A DNA stretch of 63,815 bases, counting the filler, from Octopus bimaculoides (lineage: Eukaryota): NCBI RefSeq assembly GCF_001194135.2. It is 4 parts of 4 records of this genome, joined end to end, with 100 filler letters (N's around TTAATTAATTAA, not from the genome) between each part and the next. Parts side by side here need not be neighbours in the genome. Positions count along the whole stretch, not along the records: positions 50,955 to 62,648 come from NC_068983.1; 3 more parts are not named here. One strand, written 5' to 3'. Position 1 is the stretch's first letter. Each line of letters opens with the position of its first letter. The notes under the pieces were generated by a model, which was not told where the DNA came from, ran no database searches, and saw nothing but the letters and a program-made list of their open reading frames with translations. Position numbers and translations under genes: made by a program. Of this stretch, positions 51,319-62,525 are shown piece by piece.

Positions 51319-51758
51319 GATATTAATTAAATATTGAATGTAGTCGGAGGTGGAGAGTGAGTGTAATGTTTCAGCAAATTAAGCAAACAATATGGTGTTG
51401 CGATTTGTCACACTTTCAGACAACTAAACGTGGAACGGGTGAAAAAGAAATAATTGATTTGGCTTGGGTATAAGGAATTTCTTTGACAGAATCGTTAGAG
51501 CGTCACACAAAATGCTTAACGGCATTTCTACCGACTTCTCCGTCGGTCTGAGTTCATATGTCACCGAATTCAACTTTACCATTCATTTTGTCGTCGTCGT
51601 CGTCATCATCATCATCATCATCGTCAATCCCTGAATATTACTGTTTCAAGTCCAATGACTCACAGGACCGCTTACTCAATTTCCATGGCGTATAAGGTGC
51701 CGAGATCGCAACATTACCTCTGAACGAAACCGGGGATCGCGAGTACCAGGGCATCTAA

Positions 51759-51828
<70 letters not shown>

Positions 51829-51849
51829 GTTGTTGTTGTTGTTATTATT

Positions 51850-51947
51850 AAGGCGGCGAGCTGGCTGAATCATTAGCACGCCGGGCGAAATGCTTAGCGG
51901 TATTTCGTCTGTCGCTACGTTCTGAGTCAAATTCCGCCAGGGTCGAT
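51850..51947 (+). mobile_element. SINE family A 5' part
   Basis: aaggcggcgagctggctgaatcattagcacgccgggcgaaatgcttagcgg...; truncated at the R4-like fragment. Confidence 0.8.
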
Positions 51948-51954
51948 ACGTAGC

Positions 51955-52524
51955 CTGTATCCGATACGTACGCAGTCTTCAACACTTGTCAGTCCTCTTC
52001 CTCCATTTGCTCTCTCCGTGTATAGGCGATCAGTGTCTGCACGTGGGTGATGGGTTCTATGCATCGTTAGGAGATTTCTTGAGTTCCTGTAAATCTCCTT
52101 TAGCTTCTCCTCTGTCCACTTCAGGATTCCATTGCCATACCGAACTAGTGCGACTGCGCGCGAGTCTATTGCCGAAATTATGTTTCTTGCATTCAGCTTT
52201 GAAGCCAATATTTTTTTCACTCGCCACAAGTACTCACTTTTTCTTTTCCTTCATGTCGTGGTTTTTGATTCCATCTGCCGCAAGTATTCTCAGGTATTTA
52301 TAGCTGGACTGAGGTTGAATGGCCTTCATCATTTCACCACTTGGCCACTATATGCTTTCTGTCCTGGCAAGATTTCCTTATCTCATCACCATCGTAGCAC
52401 ATTTTGAGAGCCCAAACTCCATGTTAACGTCATTGGTGAAAATCTGCACAGGCTGGACTAGGCTGTCCAGTTCTGCCTCAGTTTTTGTGAATAGCTTCAG
52501 GTTGTCCATGAATAGCAAATGATT
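51955..52524 (-). mobile_element. R4/Dong-like non-LTR retrotransposon RT fragment
   Basis: NHLLFMDNLKLF (motif C, 52501-52512)...MEFGLSKCA...YKYL; RVKKILASKLNARNIISAI...LLTMHRTHHPRADTDRLY..RANGGRGL. Confidence 0.8.
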
Positions 52525-52985
52525 AAAAAAAAAAAAGAAAATACTATAGTATAACATATCACATCGTATTTACGATAAAAGAATCTATCAATGGAAAATC
52601 ACATTGTAGGTAAGATATAAAAAAAAAATCACTAAACATCTCAAAGTTTTAGCAAACATGGAAAGTTATGGAAAAGGCTTACACATTTTGTGGGAGAGCT
52701 GTTATATGGCCATCCTATTGTGTGAATGCCTACAGCAGCCTTGAGAATCAATTGGAAGAGGAGGGAGGGTAGAGAGAGAGAGAGAGAGGAGACGAAGAGG
52801 ATGCAGGTAGATAAGCTCGCCAAAATTCCAGCGTGGACACGAATTTATGTATAGAAATCTAGATTTTTTTGGAAGGACCTAGCATGGCTAAAATAGAGAA
52901 ATTTATGAAATTTCTGAGAGTAGCATCGACATGTTGGAACTAGCATAGCTAAGATATAGAAATTTATAAACAACATCTCAAAGTT

Positions 52986-52986
<1 letters not shown>

Positions 52987-53037
<51 letters not shown>

Positions 53038-53060
53038 CATCATCATCATCATCATCATCA

Positions 53061-53129
<69 letters not shown>
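52987..53129. repeat. (TAT)n/(CAT)n compound microsatellite
   Basis: Immediately downstream (minus strand) of the candidate exon donor. Confidence 0.95.
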
Positions 53130-53141
53130 TGTTTTCCTTAC

Positions 53142-53622
53142 TTGTGGTTGAGACTATTGTCTCATTAACTTCTTCTGTATTCACTGATTGTATTTCCTGG
53201 GTAGAATCTTCNNNNNNNNNNNNNNNNNNNNNNNNNNNNNNNNNNNNNNNNNNNNNNNNNNNNNNNNNNNNNNNNNNNNNNNNNNNNNNNNNNNNNNNNN
53301 NNNNNNNNNNNNNNNNNNNNNNNNNNNNNNNNNNNNNNNNNNNNNNNNNNNNNNNNNNNNNNNNNNNNNNNNNNNNNNNNNNNNNNNNNNNNNNNNNNNN
53401 NNNNNNNNNNNNNNNNNNNNNNNNNNNNNNNNNNNNNNNNNNNNNNNNNNNNNNNNNNGTGCTGTTATTGTTCGAATCAACTGACTCAGTAAACATCAGG
53501 TCGTTTCGTTCAGTGGTGAAATCGTGGCTTTCATTCTCTAGGCTTTCAATTGGAATAGAAACGGTTTCGGTAACTGATTCTACCTCGTTGTTCGGAGTTA
53601 GAATTATAGAATTAGTTTCATT
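53142..53622 (-). CDS. Candidate internal host exon encoding a Ser/Thr/Glu-rich low-complexity segment, gap in the middle
   Basis: Acceptor tttctttttatctatttttag|AAT (53622) and donor ACAA|gtaagg (53142). Stop-free NETNSIILTPNNEVESVTETVSIPIESLENESHDFTTERNDLMFTESVDSNNNST..[247 N]..EDSTQEIQSVNTEEVNETIVSTT. Phase 0 to 1; the frame is kept across the estimated gap. Confidence 0.55.
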
Positions 53623-53642
53623 CTAAAAATAGATAAAAAGAA

Positions 53643-53707
<65 letters not shown>

Positions 53708-53708
53708 T

Positions 53709-55000
53709 GGAATTAAGCATAATGATATGAAAGAAAAGGCAAAGAAAGAGTATCTGCGACGATTGAGAGATATATTGGATTCAAACGTGAATGCCGAAAA
53801 CATAATTTCAGTAATAAACACGTGCGCAGTTAGAGTGGTTCGATATGGGGCTGGAATTCTGAAGAGGACAGAAGATGAGCGAAAATAGTTGGACAAGAAG
53901 ACGAGAAAACTCCTAACAATGCATGGTGTTATTCCTCCACGTGCAGACATGAACAAAGCAAATGGAGGAAAGGGATTGATAGGTGGAGAAGACTGCGTTC
54001 ATGTTGAAAACGGGAATTTGCTGAGATTTCGAACCCAAAGTGTAGAGAGAAAACAAAACAAGAATTACAAGAAGGCCATGAAGAAGAACATCTAAATTAG
54101 GGGTTACGCAAAAAATTTCTCTGACCGCAACCAAAGTTGCTGGAGAACATAGATGGGACTGGTAATAGAAGCACTTGAAAGGGAAGCTTTGGCTACAAAG
54201 TGTAGAGTCAGTCTTAGAGTTGAGCAAGCGTCTCCGTAGTGATGAATATGTAAGGAATTTGATAAAACTATTTCCGAAAGTGTAAATGAATGTTTTAGAC
54301 TTGTCCCACCCAAACCAGTAAAAGTTATAGAGATATGATGTAACAAAAGTTCGGTATTGGAAACTGTGTGAAAAGTTGAGGTTAGAGAGAAGTAAGACAT
54401 TGTACAACCACAAACCATAAAGAGTGGCTGAATCGGAGACCTGCAAAGTGTTGTGGGATTTCTCAATTCAAACGGATCTTGTGCTCGAGCACAACAAACT
54501 GGGCCTAATATTGGTGGACAAAATAAACCACGAGTGTTCTGTGATTAATGTTTCATAGTGGAGGCGCAATAGTCCAGTGGTTAGGGCAGTGAACTCACGG
54601 TCATAGGACAGCAGTTTCGATTTCTAGACCGGATGTTGTGAGTGTTTATTGCGCAAAAACACCTAAAGCTTCACGAGGCTCCGGTAGAGAGTGGTGGCGA
54701 ACCCTTCTGTACTCTTTCACCACAACTTTCTCTCATTCTTTCTTCCTGTTTCTGTTGTACCTGTATTTCAAAGGGCCAGCCTTGTCACACTTTATGTCAC
54801 GCTGAATCTCCCCGAGAATTACGTTAACGGTACACGTGTCAGTGCTTAGCCACTTGCACGTTAATTTTACGAGCAGGCTGTTCCATTAATCAGATCGACT
54901 GGAATCTTCGTCGACGTAGCTGACGGAGTGCCACGAATGTTGCACACCCATTTGATTCACAGAAAATTAAGACGGAAGGTGAGAAAGTAGCCTTGAACCT
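53709..55000 (+). mobile_element. R4/Dong-like LINE 3' part (thumb plus restriction-like endonuclease), interrupted by a SINE
   Basis: KEYLRRLRDILDSNVNAENIISVINT.AV.VVRYGAGIL..DKKTRKLLTMH..PRAD..GGKGL; LWDFSIQTDLVLEHNK..LILVDK (54451 onward); resumes after the SINE as NVAHPFDS. Confidence 0.8.
54558..54934 (+). mobile_element. SINE family C inserted in the R4-like endonuclease region
   Basis: Homologous to 5069-5450; degenerate TSD aatgtttcata / aatgttgcaca (9/11). Confidence 0.85.
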
Positions 55001-55314
55001 TGTAACGGACCGACTTCGGGTTCGAGGGGACTGTTGGGATCTCGGTCACTTATACGCATGGAAATCGGGTAACCAGCCCTATGAGTCCTAGGGCTAAATA
55101 AAAAATATTTAAAAATCCGGATATTCTCCAGATGAAGAAATTAATCATGTACATGAAGAAGCGAATAAGAAGATACAAGACAAAATGGACGATTTTGATG
55201 CCAAACTTGATCGAAAACCTGAGAATCAAGGCAAATCTATGGGAAATTTATAGGAATGGGCAAGTGAGATGCTAAGAGGGAAAGCTTGACTGAATTTGGG
55301 GCAAGCTTAACAAT

Positions 55315-55531
55315 CTTTTCTACTCTAGGCATAAGGCCTGAAATTTTGAGAGAGGGGGGTCAGTCGATTAGATCGACCCCAGTACGCAACTGGTACTTAA
55401 TTTATCGACCCCGAAAGGATGAAAGGCAAAGTCAACCTCGACGGAATTTGAACTCAAAACGTAAAAACAGACGAAATACCGCTAAGCATTTCGCCCGGCG
55501 CGCTAATGTTGCTGCCAGCTCACTGCCTTTC
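55315..55531 (-). mobile_element. SINE family A monomer with 12-bp perfect TSD
   Basis: gcaagcttaaca at 55301-55312 and 55532-55543. Confidence 0.9.
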
Positions 55532-55758
55532 GCAAGCTTAACATTAAAATGATAAACGCATTCTTTAAGAAGATATTAAACCGGAAGTAAACATGAAGGA
55601 ATTCAAAAGAAAAAAATATGAAGTAGATATTATGCTGACAATTTAACCGAGAATGGTAAAGATATGATAATTTCTTGGTTCAGTACTGGAAGTAACTTTG
55701 ATCTAGATAGGGCAGAAATTAAAATTAATATAAAACTAGAAAGAACTAATTCCATACT

Positions 55759-56078
55759 AGCACTCCATCGGTTACGACGGCAGAAGTTCTAGCTAATTCG
55801 ATCAATGGAACAGCCTGCTTGTGAAATTAACGAAGAAGTGGCTGAGTACTCCACAGACACGTGTATCCTTAATGTAGTTCTCAGGGAGGTTTAGTGTGAT
55901 ACAGAATGTGACAAGGCTGGCCCTTTGAAATACAGATACAACTAATTTTTGCCAGCTGAGGGGGTCTGGAGCGATGTGAAATAAAGTGTCTTGCTCAACA
56001 ACACAATGCGCTGCCGGGAATCGAACTCACAACCTTACGATGGTGAACCGAATACCCTAACCGCTAAGCAGCGCGTCT
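55759..56078 (-). mobile_element. SINE family C variant: shared tail, different CORE-like central module
   Basis: Shares the ~185-bp 3' part from ctgtatttcaaagggccagccttgtcaca with 54558-54934. Centre is ttgagcaagacactttatttcacatcgctccag...cagctggcaaaaat. Confidence 0.75.
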
Positions 56079-57009
56079 TTTCAAGGAGAGTATGAATATT
56101 AAATAGAAATATAAACCAATTTCAATTGTTAAATGATGAACTGGAAACCTACAATGTAAATTCGTACTGAGAAATGGTTGTTGACATTATTATCTCAGAC
56201 ACTGCACTCAAGGTTGTAGGAAGAAAAGCATACGAAAAAAACAGCCGCCTCAGGAAACACTTAAGTTGATGAAGAGAAGGAGGGAAGACAATACCCAAAA
56301 GGTGAAATATGCAGAAACTTGTTGGAATAATTAAGAGAAGCGTCAAAGAGGAAGTACTGAAGTTTATTCTGCACAAAATTGAATGATACAAAAATTATAA
56401 GCATCAAAAGATTTAAGACTACTCAGGTTTTAAGGAAGTCGTAAGGCATTGATATGAAATCTAATGATGGGCAAGTCAAATATGATAGAGAAGAGATCAA
56501 CCATAGGCGACACAAAATATATTTTTTCAAACAAACGATAATGGATTAAATGTTCATTCAGTCTCAGAATTTTGTAAGATTTGTTCGCAAGCAATGAAAA
56601 TTTGAAAGTGCCAGAAATTGATGGAGCACCCTCTTCAAAAAAGGGTTGGAGACAGTCTGTAGTTAGCTATCAGACCGCTTCTCAGAATGCATAAATGAAA
56701 CCTCATATAGCTGCAACAATGTTATCGTTATAGAGGAAAGGTGATATTATAGATCTTAAAAAATTACAGAACCATGAGTCACCCGCATAACATGTATATA
56801 CTATTCACCGAAGTATTTTGTATATCACATCGATAACGTCTTAGACTTTGTTCAACCAGGGTATCAGAAGCGGATTTTCGACAACCGAACACATGAAGTA
56901 CATATAATGTAGACAACCATTGTTTTGGATTCTTTATTGATTATTAGAAAGCCTTCGATACTATTGAAATCCCTGTTGTATATGAAACTGTTATCGACTA
57001 ACGAATCAT

Positions 57010-59290
57010 TTTACTCACGCATTATTCCTGGAGGGTTCGAGGTGTGAAGTAAAGTCCTCAAGCCCCCCTGCCTCCTCCATAGGGTCTTATCTGAAGCAAC
57101 TGTTAATAGACTTTCTGGCTGGAATACCAAGCATGACCAACCAAGACTATGGATATTATCCAAACATTTCGTTTTTGGTCTACCCCACTGGATCTCCAAC
57201 TCGGCTTGAAGAATTTGTGTTGCGATTCTTTCCTGCGTAGTACCGGAGTGGGTTTTTTTTACCTCCGTTTTACCGAAACTGTAACCTTTTAAATCGGAGA
57301 ATGTGAACCCATCCAGCATGCGCTGGATGGCTTCACTGCTGGCCGAGTCCTGCAAAGCAGAGGTGATAAGTATAGCGAACACTGGGACATTGGTTCCTAG
57401 TCGTGAGGATTCAATCAATATCAAAAACGAAAGTGAAGTAAGACAATGAGATATAATATTTTTTTAATACTGAACTAGAGGAAGTTAGCTTTAAAATACG
57501 TAACTGGAATTTACAGCGAAAAATAAAACACGCACACATAAATGGTGAATCTTTAAGTCATGTGAGTTTTGATGACAACATAATTCTCTTCTGAAATGAT
57601 ACTCATGAACTGGAATGAAATTAACAATGAAAGCAACATGACGAGATTAAAAATGAATATGAACGAAAAACACAAATCATGTTCAACAATCACATTCATA
57701 TTGTTATAGAGATGAATCAAACAGAGAACAATGAAGTGAACTGCAGAAACAACAAAACTGAATTGAATATGAATTTGAACAGAAAACACAAACTCATGTT
57801 CACACAGCCATGTAACGAGTGAACAAAGTCAACCATGACACAGTAATAACAACTAACAAATATATTTATGTCGGACTGCTGGCAAAAATGGAATACAGTC
57901 CTCCAGAGTAAATAAAGAAACGAATTCAAGATGGAGGATGTGTTTTTGATGAATTAAGTGACACCGTTGAAAGTAAGAAATATAAGATACCAGTATGCTT
58001 TAAGTGCAGAGTATTTGACCAAGAAACTATCATATCAGCTTGAGTTATACCGCAGACACACACGTGTGATGACTAGAAACACGGACAACATAAAGAAATA
58101 TAGGTAGATGCAGCTATACTATAACAAGTAGCTTATTAGTTATCTTGGAGAGTGTAACTTTTGCTAATAGAAAGCAATTAGTTTGTATTGTCTAGAAAAT
58201 TCTTATAAGTTCTAGTTTTAATATATGTTGTTTTTTTTTTTTATCAAAATGTGATTTTTAATTTTATTTTATTTTTGAAAATTTCAACAACACGATTCAA
58301 TCACAAAACTACTTTATATTTACTATGACATAGTCATGTTACACGTGAGAAAGCGTTTTTTTAACGTCTCTGTTTAATACTTCTGGAAATAAGAAAAAAA
58401 AAATGCCGTAGAGACTTTTACGTAGGTAAGTTAAGGAACCCAACATCGTCAAAGATTCTAACTGACTTTAAGTGTTTGGTGTTATTCTAAATATATTTAC
58501 TGAGCGAGCGAGTGCTATTAGACAAATAATAGATACAAAGGAAAATTAGACGGAACGTACAAGAAAAATTACACAAACTGGGAATCAAATCTGCGTTGAG
58601 CAGAAAACCACCAGGAGGGCAGATCTTTCTATAAGCGTTTAGAATAATTAAAATAATAGAAACCCCGTCAATAAATGGATGAGAGAGAAATACAGAGTCA
58701 GACAGAGCAAGCGAAAGTACATAATAAAACGACAAGGAAAGAAAATAGAGGATAAAAAGCAACATGTGTACCAAACGGTGATGCAGAAAATGGAGACCAT
58801 GGTGAGAAGGTTCACGCATTTGGAGAAAACATGAAAGGATGGAGAGATGAGATTGATAAATAACAGAAAAAAACTGTACACGCTGCTATATCCAGTTCTA
58901 AAATTCTGATCCTGTCTTTGTTAAATTGGTTCCTAGTCGTTAGGATTCAATCAATAATTTATTGTTGCGTAGGTACTAGCTTAGCTTAGCTTGCTTATGA
59001 CAGCTCATCAAAGGTGATGTCAGCGTTGATCCAAGACATTCATCCTCCTCCATCTCCAGCAAATTGTTTCTCATTGGGGAGCACTTGGCTGACAAGACCG
59101 ATACAAGATAGACAGGTCCCCGAAAGTAACACCGAACAACAGACGTAGGAGGGTTGTTGACGTCTCCTCCGCTCTTAATGAAGTCGCCTACGTTCGGTTT
59201 CAAAGCGCTCAACTCAAGTGTGACACTCGGACCTACATGCCGTCCGATTAGCAGCCAGGGGCTCCAACCTATTGGGAGGGACACCGCATA
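57010..59290 (-). mobile_element. RTE-clade LINE 3' part, split by a 1504-bp insertion
   Basis: Minus strand LEMEEDECLGSTLTS...YLRNNKLL|IESSRLGTNVPVFAILITSAL...QERIATQILQAE...GRPKTKCLDNIHSLGWS. The frame continues once 57421-58924 and one 32-bp repeat copy are removed. Confidence 0.7.
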
Positions 59291-59345
59291 AAATGAGAGA
59301 CAGCTTCAAATGATCGTGAAAACGAAGTTTTGGAGTCTAGATATT

Positions 59346-59770
59346 CTTTTCATGGCACAAGGCCCGACATTTTAGGGAAGGGGGCCAGTCGTTTAGATCG
59401 ATCCCAGTACGCAGCTGGTACTTAATTTGTCGACCCCGAAAGGATGAAAGGCAAAGTCGACCTCGGCGAAATTTGAACTCAGAACGTAAAGACACGAAAT
59501 ACCACTAAGCATTTCGCCCGGCGTGCTAACGTTTCTTATCTCTTTACTGCCTACAAGGGGCTAAACGTAGAGGGGACAAACAAGGACAGACAAAGCGATT
59601 AAGTCGATTAGACCGATCCCAGTACGCACCTGGTACTTAATTTATCGACCCCGAAAAGATGAAAGGCAAAGTCGACCTCGGCGGAATTTGAACTCAGAAC
59701 GTAGCGGCAGACGAAATACCGCTAAGCATTTCGCCCGGTGTGCTAACGTTTTTGCCAACTCACCGCCTTG
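59346..59770 (-). mobile_element. SINE family A dimer with 11-bp perfect TSD
   Basis: Two monomers plus the same linker as 50954-51318; gtctagatatt at 59335-59345 and 59774-59784. Confidence 0.9.
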
Positions 59771-59897
59771 GACGTCTAGATATTGAAGGGTGTATTTGAA
59801 AGAAAGGACAAAATCATGGTATTGTGTGAGATGGTCTTCTTCTTTTTGTTAGAGCAACCATGGCATTGGCAGAAAATATACTCAAACTGATGAGACA

Positions 59898-59950
59898 GAC
59901 GTACTCTTTATGACGTACCTTGTATGACGTACACTGTATGACGTATCCTG
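59898..59950. repeat. 14-bp-period tandem repeat carrying TGACGT
   Basis: tgacgt at 59911, 59925 and 59939; gacgt at 59898. Confidence 0.65.
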
Positions 59951-60223
59951 TGTGCAACACAAACATGTACAGATCAACGTCTTTAGGGGAAAAAAAGCGT
60001 TGACGAGGAGAAAACCTGGGTGGATCTAGGTACCCAAGAATTATGAGATGGCGTTAAATAGGGTGGTAGTGTTAAGCTTGCCGAACAAAAATATGTTCTT
60101 GACTAATGGTGTAAAATAACTTTTGCCCCTTGCTGAGAATCGAAACCGGATCAATGTATGGCATCCACTGTAGCTTCAGTATCTTACTGTTTGTAAAAAA
60201 AACTGCAACAATTACTTGTACAC

Positions 60224-60268
<45 letters not shown>

Positions 60269-60446
60269 CATCCTCATCATCCTCATCATCATCATCATCC
60301 TCATCATCGTTACGATCATTATTACCATTGTCATCATTATCGCCATAATCGGCGGCGTCATCGACGCTGTCTTCATCATCATAATCATCCTCATCATAGT
60401 GGTGGCGGTCGTAATCATCACCACCACCACCACCACTACCATCATT

Positions 60447-60477
<31 letters not shown>

Positions 60478-60540
60478 CCACCACCACTACCACTACCATC
60501 ATCGTCACCATCATCATCATAATCATAATCATCATCATCA
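60224..60540. repeat. Compound (CAT)n/(CAC)n microsatellite
   Basis: Explains the poly-Ile, poly-Met and poly-Ser ORFs. Confidence 0.95.
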
Positions 60541-60679
60541 ACAGCCGCAACAATAATGCATAACTTGAAACCAGAACCTGTTGGTGTAACTGTGAAATGT
60601 TTGTGGCATTATTTATGCTTCCGTTATTTGTCTCTAAGTGGTCTCAGATGAGATGCTAACCGAGTTTTTAACGTCTTTC

Positions 60680-60682
<3 letters not shown>

Positions 60683-60723
<41 letters not shown>

Positions 60724-60761
60724 GAGACAGAGAGACAGAGAGAAAGAGAAAGAGAGAGAGA

Positions 60762-60802
<41 letters not shown>
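60683..60802. repeat. (GA)n microsatellite at gap edge
   Basis: Near-pure run. Confidence 0.95.
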
Positions 60803-61584
60803 NNNNNNNNNNNNNNNNNNNNNNNNNNNNNNNNNNNNNNNNNNNNNNNNNNNNNNNNNNNNNNNNNNNNNNNNNNNNNNNNNNNNNNNNNNNNNNNNNN
60901 NNNNNNNNNNNNNNNNNNNNNNNNNNNNNNNNNNNNNNNNNNNNNNNNNNNNNNNNNNNNNNNNNNNNNNNNNNNNNNNNNNNNNNNNNNNNNNNNNNNN
61001 NNNNNNNNNNNNNNNNNNNNNNNNNNNNNNNNNNNNNNNNNNNNNNNNNNNNNNNNNNNNNNNNNNNNNNNNNNNNNNNNNNNNNNNNNNNNNNNNNNNN
61101 NNNNNNNNNNNNNNNNNNNNNNNNNNNNNNNNNNNNNNNNNNNNNNNNNNNNNNNNNNNNNNNNNNNNNNNNNNNNNNNNNNNNNNNNNNNNNNNNNNNN
61201 NNNNNNNNNNNNNNNNNNNNNNNNNNNNNNNNNNNNNNNNNNNNNNNNNNNNNNNNNNNNNNNNNNNNNNNNNNNNNNNNNNNNNNNNNNNNNNNNNNNN
61301 NNNNNNNNNNNNNNNNNNNNNNNNNNNNNNNNNNNNNNNNNNNNNNNNNNNNNNNNNNNNNNNNNNNNNNNNNNNNNNNNNNNNNNNNNNNNNNNNNNAG
61401 ACAGAGAAAAAATGTGGAGGGGCTGCTGATGTACATAGTTAAACAAAGACCACAATAAAGAATAGAGTTACGTAACAACAGAATACAAACCCATTCAGAT
61501 TTAAATAACAATCTGGATTTCATAAAGCTTACTTCCGTTTTGGCTTTTCAGTTTTCTTTTATTAATATATTTACTTACATATTG

Positions 61585-61704
<120 letters not shown>

Positions 61705-62339
61705 GTATCATTCTGTTTGTAGTTGTTCTTCCCTCTGACCCACCATCACTACCTTTCGAGTAAAGTGTTGTTACGTTTTGTTTTGGCGAGTAATAATTAT
61801 TGGCCACTTGAAATGAAATATGTCGTTTGTTAAATGAAAACGATGCAAAGAAATATGAAACACAGCAACCACATCAGCAACAACAACAACAACAACAACA
61901 ACTACGATGACAACAACAATAACAACACCAACAGCACGGACCAGAATAACAACTCTGAGGCGTCGAAAGAAACGGAGATTAAATTTTGGAAAGAACGAAA
62001 AATAACTGCAGTATTGACCTGCAAGTTAGTGCCTTGGGAAATGCAGATACGTTTGTAATTCTCAATTCCATTTAACTATAAAATCCCAGTTTAGATCGGG
62101 TTACATGTGACCTAATTGATAAGATGTGGTATGGTCAACAATTTCTGAATTCTTTGACTGGCACCAATGTGTTCAGTCTGAAGCAAAAATATACTAAGTC
62201 GTAAATAGGACTGTGGGTAAGCAGAGTTCATCGATGAATTTAAAAATCCGTCCATCCATCTTTTTTGCTCACTAGTTCGGGGAAGAGTCATTGGAGTAGC
62301 GTTCTCAGGCATCTCCTCCATAGGATCCTATCAAAAACA

Positions 62340-62525
62340 ACCGTCATTAGACTTCCCCCAAACGTGACCAACTGAGACTATGGATTATATCCAGCCATCT
62401 CGTTCTTAGTCTACACCTTGGTCTCCTGCTAGTTCGCTCAGCTTGTGGAATCCGCCTTCTGATTTTGTCCTGCAGCATTCTAATCACATTTCCATAGGTG
62501 TGATCTCTCAATGCAGAGAAGAAGT
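62340..62525 (-). mobile_element. RTE-clade LINE C-terminal fragment
   Basis: YGNVIRMLQDKIRRRIPQAERTSRRPRCRLRTRWLDIIHSLSWSRLG; related to 57010-57250. Confidence 0.65.

Larger units (their letters stand above)
55110..57000 (+). mobile_element. Decayed RTE-clade LINE (APE endonuclease C-terminus, linker, RT motifs), interrupted by two SINEs
   Basis: DEEI..MDDFDAKL..INAFFKK..K*TW..EVD.ML..WFSTGS.FDL.RA.I.IN.KLER; later KGDIIDLKNYR...SGFSTTEH...FIDY*KAFDTIE. Confidence 0.75.

Noticed and set aside
60130-60563. Poly-Ile/Met/Ser and poly-Leu/Tyr/Asn ORFs (also 10700, 27951, 28803, 51676, 61540)
   Set aside because: They are translations of trinucleotide microsatellites with no supporting splice signals or non-repeat coding flank.
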